DNA of 64,000 nucleotides from Patescibacteria group bacterium (GTDB taxonomy: Bacteria; Patescibacteriota; Minisyncoccia; Minisyncoccales; PEYH01): contig JAHIFQ010000015.1 in the NCBI GenBank assembly GCA_018900835.1, positions 50,301 through 114,300 of the forward strand, given 5' to 3'. The notes under the pieces are model-generated. The model made no database searches. It was not told the DNA's origin and saw only the letters and a program-made list of their open reading frames with translations. How positions within the stretch are numbered: position 1 is the stretch's first letter; each line of letters opens with the position of its first letter. The translations under genes and the position numbers were made by a program. Shown piece after piece: positions 37,632 to 46,682 of the stretch.

Positions 37632-38590
37632 AATTTTTTTCCCACAAGCTCCGCAAATTCGGCTAATCGAGCTGCGTAGGCATATTCATTATCATACCAA
37701 GCAATCACTTTTACCAAATTCTCATTAACTTTTGTAGATAAAGAATCAATAATTGCAGAATAAGGGTTTCCTTTGAAATCCATTGAAACCAACGGCTCAT
37801 CTTCAACCGCTAAAATATTCTTTAACTCTTTTTTAGCAGCTGATTTGAAAACAGAATTGACATCCTTTGCTGTTGTCTTTTTATCCACAAGGCAAACAAA
37901 ATCAATCAGAGAAACTGTTGTAGTTGGCACTCTTATTGCCATACCATCCAACTTGCCTTTCATATTTGGCATAATTTTGCAAATTGCATTTGTTGCTCCT
38001 GTTGTAGTAGGAATCATATTCATTCCCGCAGTCCTTGCTCTTCTTAAATCATTATGAACTAAATCAAGTATTCTTTGGTCATTGGTATAACTGTGGACAG
38101 TTGTCATAAAGCCCTTTTGAATACCAAAATTGTCATCCAGAACCTTAACAACTGGAGCCAAACAATTAGTAGTACAGGAACCCATATCAACAATATCTTC
38201 ATCTCCTAAAGCATCGTCGTTCACTCCCATAACATAACCCTTGATATCATCTGTTTTGGCAGGAGCGGAAATAATTACTTTTTTAGCGCCTGCTTTTATG
38301 TGTTTTGAGGCGAGTTCTCTTGTCTTAAAAGCGCCCGTGCATTCCAAAACAATATCAACGCCCAAATCCTTCCAAGGAAGTTTTTCTGGGTCTGGTTCAG
38401 AAAAAAACTTGGCTTCCACTTTTTTGTCATAGATTCCGTAAGAAGAATCATACTTAAAAAGATGAAGCAAAGTTTCTCGGTCTGCCAAGTCATTTATAGC
38501 AACGACCTCAATGTTTAAATCGCTTTGCAGAATATGGCGCAAAGTAAGTCGGCCAATTCTTCCAAAGCCGTTTATAGCTATTTTTACCAT
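37628..38590 (-). CDS. gap: glyceraldehyde-3-phosphate dehydrogenase type I
   Basis: INGFGRIGR, SCTTNCLAP, RVPT, WYDNE; start at MVKIAING. Confidence 0.97.
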   Translation of the reverse strand: MVKIAINGFGRIGRLTLRHILQSDLNIEVVAINDLADRETLLHLFKYDSSYGIYDKKVEAKFFSEPDPEKLPWKDLGVDIVLECTGAFKTRELASKHIKAGAKKVIISAPAKTDDIKGYVMGVNDDALGDEDIVDMGSCTTNCLAPVVKVLDDNFGIQKGFMTTVHSYTNDQRILDLVHNDLRRARTAGMNMIPTTTGATNAICKIMPNMKGKLDGMAIRVPTTTVSLIDFVCLVDKKTTAKDVNSVFKSAAKKELKNILAVEDEPLVSMDFKGNPYSAIIDSLSTKVNENLVKVIAWYDNEYAYAARLAEFAELVGKKL

Positions 38591-38600
38591 GGGCGTTTTT

Positions 38601-38640
38601 ACGAGACCCGGCCTCATCAACGAGGCCGGGTCTCGTTGAT
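38601..38640. repeat. palindrome family D doublet upstream of gap
   Basis: ACGAGACCCGGCCTC-ATCAAC-GAGGCCGGGTCTCGT; each half is itself near-palindromic. Confidence 0.75.
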
Positions 38641-38879
38641 TAATCTTTAAGGCGGAGTAACTCCATTATTTTTTGCTTATCAAAACCAATCACAATCTCA
38701 TCATCAATTTCTGTTACAGGCACTGCCATTTTGCCTGTTTTTTCAAAGATATAGTTTTGCGCCTCCTCATTGTCGCTCACATCAATAACTTCAAACTTTA
38801 CACCCTTCTCATATAGGAATTGTTTCAATATCTCGCAATAAGGACAACTTGGAGTTGAATATATCTTCACAATAGCCAT
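38640..38879 (-). CDS. glutaredoxin-like protein (NrdH/YruB type)
   Basis: YSTPSCPYC, AVPV, GFD. Confidence 0.92.
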   Translation of the reverse strand: MAIVKIYSTPSCPYCEILKQFLYEKGVKFEVIDVSDNEEAQNYIFEKTGKMAVPVTEIDDEIVIGFDKQKIMELLRLKD

Positions 38880-38908
38880 AACAAATAATTAATAATTATT
38901 TATCATTT

Positions 38909-39919
38909 TTATTCACAGCTTCCTGGGTCAACCGCATTCCCGGTTTCATCTATTATTTGACTGCATTCATCAGGAGCATTATTAAAGGCAGAACAAATAG
39001 CATTTTTGTAGTCCTCTGCGCCTCTGGCGCCATCATAAATTATTCCATTGATGACTATGGTTGGAGAACCCGCTATCTTATCTGTCTCCAAACCTTTATG
39101 ACTAGCTGGATTTTGCACAGAATATTGCTGGCTTGTAAGCTCGCTCTCGTGCGCCAATATATCTGTTGCTTCATTCAGCTCGCATCGCTTAATCCTATCC
39201 ACATCAACCCCTGCTCCTCTGGCGATTGATTCCCATTTGCTATCAACATCCTGATAAGTCGCTTGGTCATTAATCGCTTCAATAAAATTCCACAATTTAT
39301 CTGGCTGATATTTCTGGACGCATAATTCTCTTATTCCCTGATTTAACTCCTGAATTCCATGCATTGAACAATACTGTTCTTCTTTATCATAGCAATAGTC
39401 GGGAAAATTATAACCTTGATCTTTACTATAAAGGATATAATGAAGCTGTATGTCCACCTTGTCCCCCAAAAGCTTGGCAACAGGACTCATCAGAGCTTCT
39501 GCCTGATTGCCATAAGGGCAAAATGACATCACAAACAAACCAACTTCCGGCTTGTCTGTTTGGGTGAGCTCCTTTTCTTCAGGAGGATTCATATCAAAAG
39601 AATTGAGAAATAAAATTTTTCCGTCTTTTGTGACATAGACCTTTTCGTTCTGTCCCATAACATCAAATCTTATTTCATAAACGCCGTTCTTTTCATCGCT
39701 CCCAGTCAAAGTAAATTCCGTGCCCGGAGAAGCTAAATTTTCTTCAATGTAGGTAATTGCTTTCTGCGCCGCATCATCCTTAGTCAATTCTCCGCTTACT
39801 CCTGTGCTATTATTGAAAGTTAGGGCGCCAGGAACGAAATTCTGATACAGCAAAATCGCTAACAAGATTGCCGAAATTCCTCCCAAAAAGATAGTTGATG
39901 ACCCCTTTTCTTTGTCCAT
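38909..39919 (-). CDS. membrane-anchored thioredoxin-fold protein
   Basis: FVMSFCPYG, SMHG, GSPTIVING; N-terminal TM helix. Confidence 0.75.
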   Translation of the reverse strand: MDKEKGSSTIFLGGISAILLAILLYQNFVPGALTFNNSTGVSGELTKDDAAQKAITYIEENLASPGTEFTLTGSDEKNGVYEIRFDVMGQNEKVYVTKDGKILFLNSFDMNPPEEKELTQTDKPEVGLFVMSFCPYGNQAEALMSPVAKLLGDKVDIQLHYILYSKDQGYNFPDYCYDKEEQYCSMHGIQELNQGIRELCVQKYQPDKLWNFIEAINDQATYQDVDSKWESIARGAGVDVDRIKRCELNEATDILAHESELTSQQYSVQNPASHKGLETDKIAGSPTIVINGIIYDGARGAEDYKNAICSAFNNAPDECSQIIDETGNAVDPGSCE

Positions 39920-39986
39920 AGTATTAACAGTTAATGATTATTAATTAATTGTCGGTTAATTGTAATTGATAATTTTAACACAATAC

Positions 39987-40745
39987 CTAATTTTTGAAAA
40001 CCTTTCCTTGATTAATCACCTCTTTGGTGGCTTGCTTAATCTTTTGCGAATCGCCGAGATAGTAATGCTGAATCGGTTTTAGATTTTCATCCAATTCATA
40101 AACAAGCGGGATGCCAGTGGGGATATTTAATTTCGGGATTTCTTCGGGAGAGATATTATCAAGATGTCTTATCAATGCTCTCAAGCTGTTCCCATGCGCG
40201 CAGATTAAAACCTTTTTTCCTGATTTAATCGCTGGAATTATTTTCTCTTCCCAATACGGGAGCAATCTTTTCTCTGTATCTTTAAGCGATTCAGCTAAAG
40301 GGATTTCTTCTTCTTTAAGGTCTTGGTACAAAGGGTCTTTGCCTGGATATCTTTCATCCTCTTCTGTGATGGCTGGCGGTCTTTGGTCATAGCTTCTTCT
40401 CCATAACAGAACTTGTTTTTCTCCATATTTTTCAGCTGTATCCGCCTTGTTTAAGCCCTGCAATGCGCCGTAATGCCTTTCATTTAAACGCCAGGACTTT
40501 TCCACAGGCATATTTTCCAAACCCATCTCTGCCAAAACAATCTCCAATGTTTTAGTTGCCTTTTTCAAAACTGATGTGAATGCCATATCAAAAAAATATT
40601 CTTCTTGCTTAAGGATTTTTCCTGCCTCAATCGCTTCTTGCTCGCCTTTTTCTGTTAGACCAACATCAGTCCATCCGGTAAAGCGATTTTCCTTATTCCA
40701 AACACTTTCCCCATGCCTTAATAAAACCAATTTATACATTTTCAT
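39987..40745 (-). CDS. gpmA: 2,3-BPG-dependent phosphoglycerate mutase
   Basis: [28 protein letters not shown]. Confidence 0.97.
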   Translation of the reverse strand: MKMYKLVLLRHGESVWNKENRFTGWTDVGLTEKGEQEAIEAGKILKQEEYFFDMAFTSVLKKATKTLEIVLAEMGLENMPVEKSWRLNERHYGALQGLNKADTAEKYGEKQVLLWRRSYDQRPPAITEEDERYPGKDPLYQDLKEEEIPLAESLKDTEKRLLPYWEEKIIPAIKSGKKVLICAHGNSLRALIRHLDNISPEEIPKLNIPTGIPLVYELDENLKPIQHYYLGDSQKIKQATKEVINQGKVFKN

Positions 40746-40772
40746 CGATAAATTTAAGAGTAAATCATTCTA

Positions 40773-41393
40773 TTATTCTATTATTACATCGTCAACGGAA
40801 TAAAGAAATTGAGAACTGTCAATCATCAGATTATATATGTCTATATACTGATTGTCTAAAAGCGTAATTTCTAAATAGCCGTTTTCCACGGGCACAATGA
40901 CATCTGTAATGATATCCCCTGCCTTGAATCCCATAGACGCATCGCGGAGATATTCTGTTTTATACTGCGGAACTTCTACCTCTAAATCGCCGACCATAAT
41001 TTTGTCTAAAACAACATTTTTGTCCTCATCTGTCTTGCGAAAAGGAACAATAATTTCCTCATATTGCTGAATTGTCCGGAAATTAATAGCAAACATCAAA
41101 TCCTTTGCCATAGTAATACTACAATCATTGGCCTTCAGGGCTTCAACTTTTTCCTTGGGTCCGAACACTATGGTCTTGGCGCATTTATCATTTGCCCAGA
41201 TTTCAGGATACTTTATTTCATACCCATACTCTTCATTGGTATATGTCTGCCAATTTGTAATATCTTCTACTATTGGCGCTGGTGTTGGATTTGGTGATAG
41301 AGTTTCTCCCTCTGGCCAAAACTGCCAAATTAAGAAAGCTGTAACAATAATTCCGAAAACAAAGACAAGATACAAAATGTTTTTACTTTTCAT
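40773..41393 (-). CDS. membrane-anchored hypothetical protein (PsbP-like WxTYxNEEYGYEIKYP)
   Basis: TM helix plus Pro-rich linker; paralog of 42590-43231. Confidence 0.75.
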   Translation of the reverse strand: MKSKNILYLVFVFGIIVTAFLIWQFWPEGETLSPNPTPAPIVEDITNWQTYTNEEYGYEIKYPEIWANDKCAKTIVFGPKEKVEALKANDCSITMAKDLMFAINFRTIQQYEEIIVPFRKTDEDKNVVLDKIMVGDLEVEVPQYKTEYLRDASMGFKAGDIITDVIVPVENGYLEITLLDNQYIDIYNLMIDSSQFLYSVDDVIIE

Positions 41394-42603
41394 TTTCTTT
41401 TTCTTCAATTAATAATAATCTATTATACTTTGCCAGTCGTTCAGGCATAACTGGCGCGCCTGATTTAATGAAATCAGCGCCAACCCCGATTGCAAAGTCA
41501 GCAATGAAATCATCCATTGTTTCTCCTGAACGATGAGAAACCATTATTTTCCATTGATGCGCTTTTGCCAATTTTATTGCCTCTATTGCTTCGCTAACTG
41601 TTCCTATTTGATTTACTTTAATAATTACTCCGTTGCAAGCTGTTTTTTCAATCGCTTCTTGTATTCTCAATGGATTTGTGACCAATAAATCATCCCCGAT
41701 AATTGTCATCTTACTCCCCATCTTATTATAAATCCCTTGAAATCCCTGCCAATCATCTTCTGCAAAAGGATCTTCAAAACCAATAATAGGATATTTTACA
41801 ATCAAATTATTATAAAATTCAAGCAATGCGCTTCTGCTGAAAGGCAGGCCTTCAAGCTGATAATTTTCTCCATCTTGGAAATGAGTGGCAGCACAATCAA
41901 GAAGAAATCCAACTTCTTTTTTATTAAACCCAGCTTTAACCACCGCTTCTTGCAAAAAATCCAATGCTTCAATAGTAGAGGGAATCATCGGAGCAAATCC
42001 TCCTTCATCCCCTATCGGAAGTTTATCAAACTTCCTGCTTAAAATTCCTTTTAGTGATTGATAAATATCTTTTGCTGACTGAAAATTTTCTGAAAAACTA
42101 TTCATTTGGGGAACAATCATAAACTCTTGAATATCTAAATCATTATTAGCGTGAGCTCCCCCATTGATGATATTAAAACAAGCTAAAGGCATCTTAAAAT
42201 TTTCAATGTTTAGAGGTTCAACCTCTAAACATTGGGAGATGTGTTTGTAGAGAGGGATGTTTTTAGTTTGAGCGCCGAGCTTGGAAATTGCCATTGAGAC
42301 CCCGACAATTGCGTTGCCACCAAGCACCGATTTATCAGCTGTTCCATCAATCTCAAGCATTAAATTATCTATTTCTTTTTGATTTGTTGGGTCCTTGCCA
42401 ATTAATTGCGGGGCAATGATTTCATTTACATTTTTAATCGCTTTTGGAACATCTATGACTTTTGCTTCCAGCTTACCAGTGGAAGCGCCAGAAGGAACCC
42501 CTGCTTTAACAGAAAAATCAGAGGTTTCTGCTATAACCTCTATTGTCGGATTCTTTCGCGAATCCAATATTATCTGCGCTGTAATTGATTTAATCTTCAC
42601 CAT
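41383..42603 (-). CDS. eno: enolase
   Basis: ILDSRKNPT, VPSGASTG, NGGAHA, GDEGGFAP, GDDL, KVNQIG, SHRSGET. Confidence 0.96.
   Translation of the reverse strand: MVKIKSITAQIILDSRKNPTIEVIAETSDFSVKAGVPSGASTGKLEAKVIDVPKAIKNVNEIIAPQLIGKDPTNQKEIDNLMLEIDGTADKSVLGGNAIVGVSMAISKLGAQTKNIPLYKHISQCLEVEPLNIENFKMPLACFNIINGGAHANNDLDIQEFMIVPQMNSFSENFQSAKDIYQSLKGILSRKFDKLPIGDEGGFAPMIPSTIEALDFLQEAVVKAGFNKKEVGFLLDCAATHFQDGENYQLEGLPFSRSALLEFYNNLIVKYPIIGFEDPFAEDDWQGFQGIYNKMGSKMTIIGDDLLVTNPLRIQEAIEKTACNGVIIKVNQIGTVSEAIEAIKLAKAHQWKIMVSHRSGETMDDFIADFAIGVGADFIKSGAPVMPERLAKYNRLLLIEEKENEK
42204..42234. repeat. palindrome family B in frame inside enolase (QCLEVEPLNI)
   Basis: CAATGTTTAGAGGTT-C-AACCTCTAAACATTG, perfect 15-bp arms. 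Confidence 0.9.
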
Positions 42604-43231
42604 TTTCATTAATAAACTTAAATGTGGAAAGGATTTGTTCAAATGTATTAAGCTCCGGACTACAGTTTGGATAATAACTAATTTCAATTATATTAATGTC
42701 TTTTTTGAATAACACGATTATATTATCGTTGGGATATCCTCCTATTTGGTAAAATTTTAAAGCTTCTTGGTCACTAACGATTGTTTTTTCGAGTTGCGCT
42801 TCTTTAGAATTGAAATAAGATTTACCGCTTTCTTGATGCACATCGGTCCCAAATTCAGCCTCAGTAGAATTATCTGCGAACCACTCTTCTAAACTCTTAT
42901 TTAATGGGTTTGACTTAATATAAATAATAAACTCGCATCCTCCAGATGGATTCTCTTTGTATTCTTCGTTTCTAAAAAGAACATAGTCAGATTTTTCGCT
43001 GATATAATAAAAGTTCGGATACCTTATCTCATATCCATATTCCTCGTTTCTGTATGTCTCCCAATCCGTGGTTTCGTCAATGGGCGGAGTTGATGTTGGT
43101 GTAGTTGCGGACACTGGTGGTGTTGGGGACGGTATTTCTTCTCCTGGCCCTGACCAGAACTGCCAGACCAAAATTCCGCCGATGATTACGACAAAAAGAC
43201 AAATGATTAAAATGCCGATAGGTTTAATCAT
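42590..43231 (-). CDS. membrane-anchored hypothetical protein (PsbP-like DWETYRNEEYGYEIRYP)
   Basis: TM helix plus Pro/Thr linker; C-terminal FEQILSTFKF. Confidence 0.78.
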   Translation of the reverse strand: MIKPIGILIICLFVVIIGGILVWQFWSGPGEEIPSPTPPVSATTPTSTPPIDETTDWETYRNEEYGYEIRYPNFYYISEKSDYVLFRNEEYKENPSGGCEFIIYIKSNPLNKSLEEWFADNSTEAEFGTDVHQESGKSYFNSKEAQLEKTIVSDQEALKFYQIGGYPNDNIIVLFKKDINIIEISYYPNCSPELNTFEQILSTFKFINENGED

Positions 43232-43267
43232 ATTATTATTGATTATTGATAAATGATTATTTATTAA

Positions 43268-44200
43268 TTATTTATTCAAGTCGCGGAGATAATCATAAAC
43301 AGAAAGCGCTGCCTTGGCGCCTTCTCCTGCAGCAATAACAATTTGATTGTATTTCACATCCGTGACATCCCCGGCGGAGAACAGTCCTGGTGTTTTTGTC
43401 TGGCAGGTCTTGGGGTCAATAACAATCTCGTCTTTCTCATTGAAATCAACCATTTCTTTAATAAACGAAGTGGCTGGCTGAGTGCCGACTGACACAAAAA
43501 CCCCTTCCACATTAAGATTTTTCTTTTGTTTGCTTTTCACATCCTGATAAGTTATCTTTTCAACCTTATTCCCTCCTTCAATGCTTTTAAGCGCAGATGA
43601 AGTAAGAATTTCAATTTTCTCATTATTCCGCGCTCTTTCCTGTTCCAATTCATCCGCAGCCAATTTGTCTTGAAATTCAAGCAAATAAACCTTGGAAGCG
43701 TAATTGGTCAACTCTATCGCTGCCTTAACCCCAGAGTTGCCTCCGCCAATAACAGCCACTGGCTTGTCTTTGAAAAACGGAGCGTCACAGGTTGTGCAAT
43801 AAGTTACGCCCTTACTGATAAACTCTTTTTCTCCCGGAACTTCAAGCGGTCTTGGGTCTGCTCCTGTGGCAATAATCACAGAAAGAGAAATAAATCGGTC
43901 GCCTTTTTTGGTAATAAGTTCAAAAATTTGATTTTCCTTATCAATCTTGATAACTTCGTCGTCAATGATTTTCGCTCCATATTTTTTAATATGGTCTTCA
44001 AATTTCTTAGCCAAATCCATTCCATTAATATCAGGCATACCCGGATAATTTTCCACAGACACTGCCCACTTCATTTGTCCTTGAAAATCCTTGGAAATAA
44101 TCAATGTTCTTAATTTCTTCCTTAGAGCGTAAATACCGGCAGTGACGCCTGCCGGACCTCCACCGATAATTATTAAATCATATAAAACCTGATTTTCCAT
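43268..44200 (-). CDS. trxB: thioredoxin reductase
   Basis: GGGPAG, CTTCD, GGGNSG, SAGD. Confidence 0.93.
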   Translation of the reverse strand: MENQVLYDLIIIGGGPAGVTAGIYALRKKLRTLIISKDFQGQMKWAVSVENYPGMPDINGMDLAKKFEDHIKKYGAKIIDDEVIKIDKENQIFELITKKGDRFISLSVIIATGADPRPLEVPGEKEFISKGVTYCTTCDAPFFKDKPVAVIGGGNSGVKAAIELTNYASKVYLLEFQDKLAADELEQERARNNEKIEILTSSALKSIEGGNKVEKITYQDVKSKQKKNLNVEGVFVSVGTQPATSFIKEMVDFNEKDEIVIDPKTCQTKTPGLFSAGDVTDVKYNQIVIAAGEGAKAALSVYDYLRDLNK

Positions 44201-44202
44201 AT

Positions 44203-45090
44203 TTAAATTAAATTATTTTCTTTTGCGAATTTTTTAAGTTCCGCTCCGTAGCGCGGGTCTTTTAAGGTCAAATAAAGGTCGGTTTTCAGCCAAGCCATTT
44301 TGTTCCCGCACTCAAGCCATTTTCCCTCAAATTCATAGCCATATATGCTTTTGCCTGCTTGAAGCATTTTGTCAAAAGTATCAGCCAAAATAATCTCCTG
44401 TTTTTCATTGGGTTTGGCTATTTTTAGAAAATCAAAGACCTCTGGAGTTAATATATATTTCCCAACAATAGCCAAGTCAGACGGTTCTTCGCCTGGTTTG
44501 GGTTTTTCAACAATTTTCTTTACCTTATAAACCCGGTTAGCGATTTTTTCCACTTGGACTACTCCGTATGAAGGAAGTAATTCTTTCGGCAGACGGCAAA
44601 GCGCTAAAACTGGTCTTTGGCAGGTTGCGTAAACATTTATAAGCTGCTGTAAGCAAGGAACATCTGAATCAACTATGTCGTCGCCAAAAAGCACTCCGAC
44701 TGGCTCTTTTCTTATTTTCGGAAGCGCCTGTAATATAGCATGCCCATCGCCCAACGGCCTCTCTTGTATTACTGAAGAAAATGTTATGCCTTTAATCAGT
44801 TCTTCTAATCCCTCCAAAGCGTCAATTGCTTCTGTTTTTTTTCTGCTGTGAAGAATCTTTTTTAATGATATTGGAGAATTCTTAAAATAATCAAGAATAA
44901 TTTTTTTGTCTTTGTTGGTTACGAAAATTATTTCTTCAATTCCTGACGCTTTTGCCTCTTCAACAATAAACTGTATTGCTGGCATATCAACAACTGGCCA
45001 AATTTCTTTTGGCATTATTGTTGATAACGGTAAAAACCGTGTGCCTAATCCTGCAATCGGCAGAATCGCTTTTTTAATTTCGCTGTTCAT
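44203..45090 (-). CDS. galU: UTP--glucose-1-phosphate uridylyltransferase
   Basis: PIAGLGTRFLP, PKE, LGDGHA, VEKP. Confidence 0.9.
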   Translation of the reverse strand: MNSEIKKAILPIAGLGTRFLPLSTIMPKEIWPVVDMPAIQFIVEEAKASGIEEIIFVTNKDKKIILDYFKNSPISLKKILHSRKKTEAIDALEGLEELIKGITFSSVIQERPLGDGHAILQALPKIRKEPVGVLFGDDIVDSDVPCLQQLINVYATCQRPVLALCRLPKELLPSYGVVQVEKIANRVYKVKKIVEKPKPGEEPSDLAIVGKYILTPEVFDFLKIAKPNEKQEIILADTFDKMLQAGKSIYGYEFEGKWLECGNKMAWLKTDLYLTLKDPRYGAELKKFAKENNLI

Positions 45091-45143
45091 ATGTTCATAA
45101 AAGATAATTATTTATAAATTACAGAGGTCAGTCCTTTATTATG

Positions 45144-46553
45144 TTATCGATTATTGACCTTGCGGAGGAATGCTGGAATTTCCCACTTATTTTCTTCTTC
45201 AAGCATCTTTTTTTCATCATCAACCGCCTGCTTCTGCAAATCCAAAGCATTCCTGCGAATATTTGTCTTTTTGACAATCTGAAGCTTTTTAACCTTGTTC
45301 TTCTTTTTTATTATTTTTGGCTTCTCTTCTTTGTTGTCTGGTGCCTGTGGTATTTTTACTTCCTCTAATTTTTCCTTAGGTTTAGCGATACTTGCTTCAG
45401 AGGGCATTTTTTCTTCTTCCTTTTTCTGCTCCGACTCATTAATCGCCCCTGCTTTGATTTCATCTTTCTGTTTTCTTATTATTTTCTTTTTTGGCTTGGG
45501 CTTTTCCTTTGCGCCGCAACCAACAGCCATTAAAGTAATTTTTAATTTTCCTTGATGTTGAGCGTCCTGCATTACTCCAAAAATGATTTTTGCCTGCGGG
45601 TTATAGGCCTCAATTTTTTTGCAGATTTCCTCAACTTCGCTCATCTTCATATCTTTGGAGCCCACGATGTTGAATAGCATTCTTTCAACCCCTGAAATAT
45701 CATAATTCATCAAAGGATTATTTAAAACCGCTTCTGCCACCTTTTCTGCTCTGCTTGCGCCGCTGAACTCTTGCGAATTGAGATAAGTTAATTGGCCTTC
45801 TTTTTCTAATACAGCCCTAAAATCGGAAAAATCAAGATTAATCAGACCAGGGAGATACAATGTTTCAATAAAGCCCTCTAAAATCTCGACTAATGCATTA
45901 TTCATCACTGACAATGACTTATGAATCGGTGTTTTTTCGTCAATAATTTTAAAAATCCTTTGGTTTGGAATTATGGTAAAAGCATTTATGTTCTGCTTTA
46001 TTTTCTCAAGAGAAGCCCTAGCTATTCTTCCCCTTTCATTGCCTTCAAATGCGAAAGGCATGGTAAATATCCCGAGTGATAAAATACTCAAACTCTTAGC
46101 AATTTCCGCAAACACTGGCGTTGCCCCAGAGCCAGTTCCTCCACCTAAGCAGGAAATGAATATACAAAAATCACAATTTTTTAAAAGTTTCTCTATTGAT
46201 TTCTTATCTTGTAAAGCGGATTTTTCTCCAAGTTCAATATTCATTCCACAGCCAAGCCCTCTTGTTATCTCCTTGCCGAAATAAAAAGCTCCTGCTTGTT
46301 TAGGAACCATTTTGATTGCTTGATAATCAACATTAGCAACAATGAACTTAATCTTGTTTAAGTGAGGCAATTTTTTTCTGTATATTGTTTTGGCGATTTC
46401 TCCAACAATGGAACCGCCTCCCCCGCCAATTCCAATTATACCTATCCTTGGATGGAAAAATGTTTCCTGTTTCAGCTTCTTAGGCACGACACCCACAACC
46501 TTGGCCTTTGCTCTAATTTTGGATTTTTCGTTTTGGATTTTGGATTTGGACAT
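45144..46553 (-). CDS. ftsZ: cell division protein FtsZ (divergent, long charged tail)
   Basis: GIGGGG, RGLGCG, LGGGTGSG tubulin signature, PFAFEG, INLDFSD, C-terminal EIPAFLR. Confidence 0.9.
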   Translation of the reverse strand: MSKSKIQNEKSKIRAKAKVVGVVPKKLKQETFFHPRIGIIGIGGGGGSIVGEIAKTIYRKKLPHLNKIKFIVANVDYQAIKMVPKQAGAFYFGKEITRGLGCGMNIELGEKSALQDKKSIEKLLKNCDFCIFISCLGGGTGSGATPVFAEIAKSLSILSLGIFTMPFAFEGNERGRIARASLEKIKQNINAFTIIPNQRIFKIIDEKTPIHKSLSVMNNALVEILEGFIETLYLPGLINLDFSDFRAVLEKEGQLTYLNSQEFSGASRAEKVAEAVLNNPLMNYDISGVERMLFNIVGSKDMKMSEVEEICKKIEAYNPQAKIIFGVMQDAQHQGKLKITLMAVGCGAKEKPKPKKKIIRKQKDEIKAGAINESEQKKEEEKMPSEASIAKPKEKLEEVKIPQAPDNKEEKPKIIKKKNKVKKLQIVKKTNIRRNALDLQKQAVDDEKKMLEEENKWEIPAFLRKVNNR

Positions 46554-46592
46554 TTATTTGGACATTTATTTGGATTTTGGGATTTGAAATTT
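46517..46592. repeat. degenerate TTTGGA(T/C) short tandem repeat overlapping ftsZ start
   Basis: ttttggattttggatttggacatttatttggacatttatttggattttgggatttg. Confidence 0.7.
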
Positions 46593-46655
46593 CTATCTTC
46601 AATTTAACCCTAAAAATCAATTCAGTCAATGTTGTAGGCCAATTCGAGAAACCCA

Positions 46656-46678
46656 TTTTGGAAACCTGGTTTCCAAAA
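46656..46678. repeat. palindrome family C copy
   Basis: TTTTGGAAACC-T-GGTTTCCAAAA. Confidence 0.85.
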
Positions 46679-46682
46679 GATA

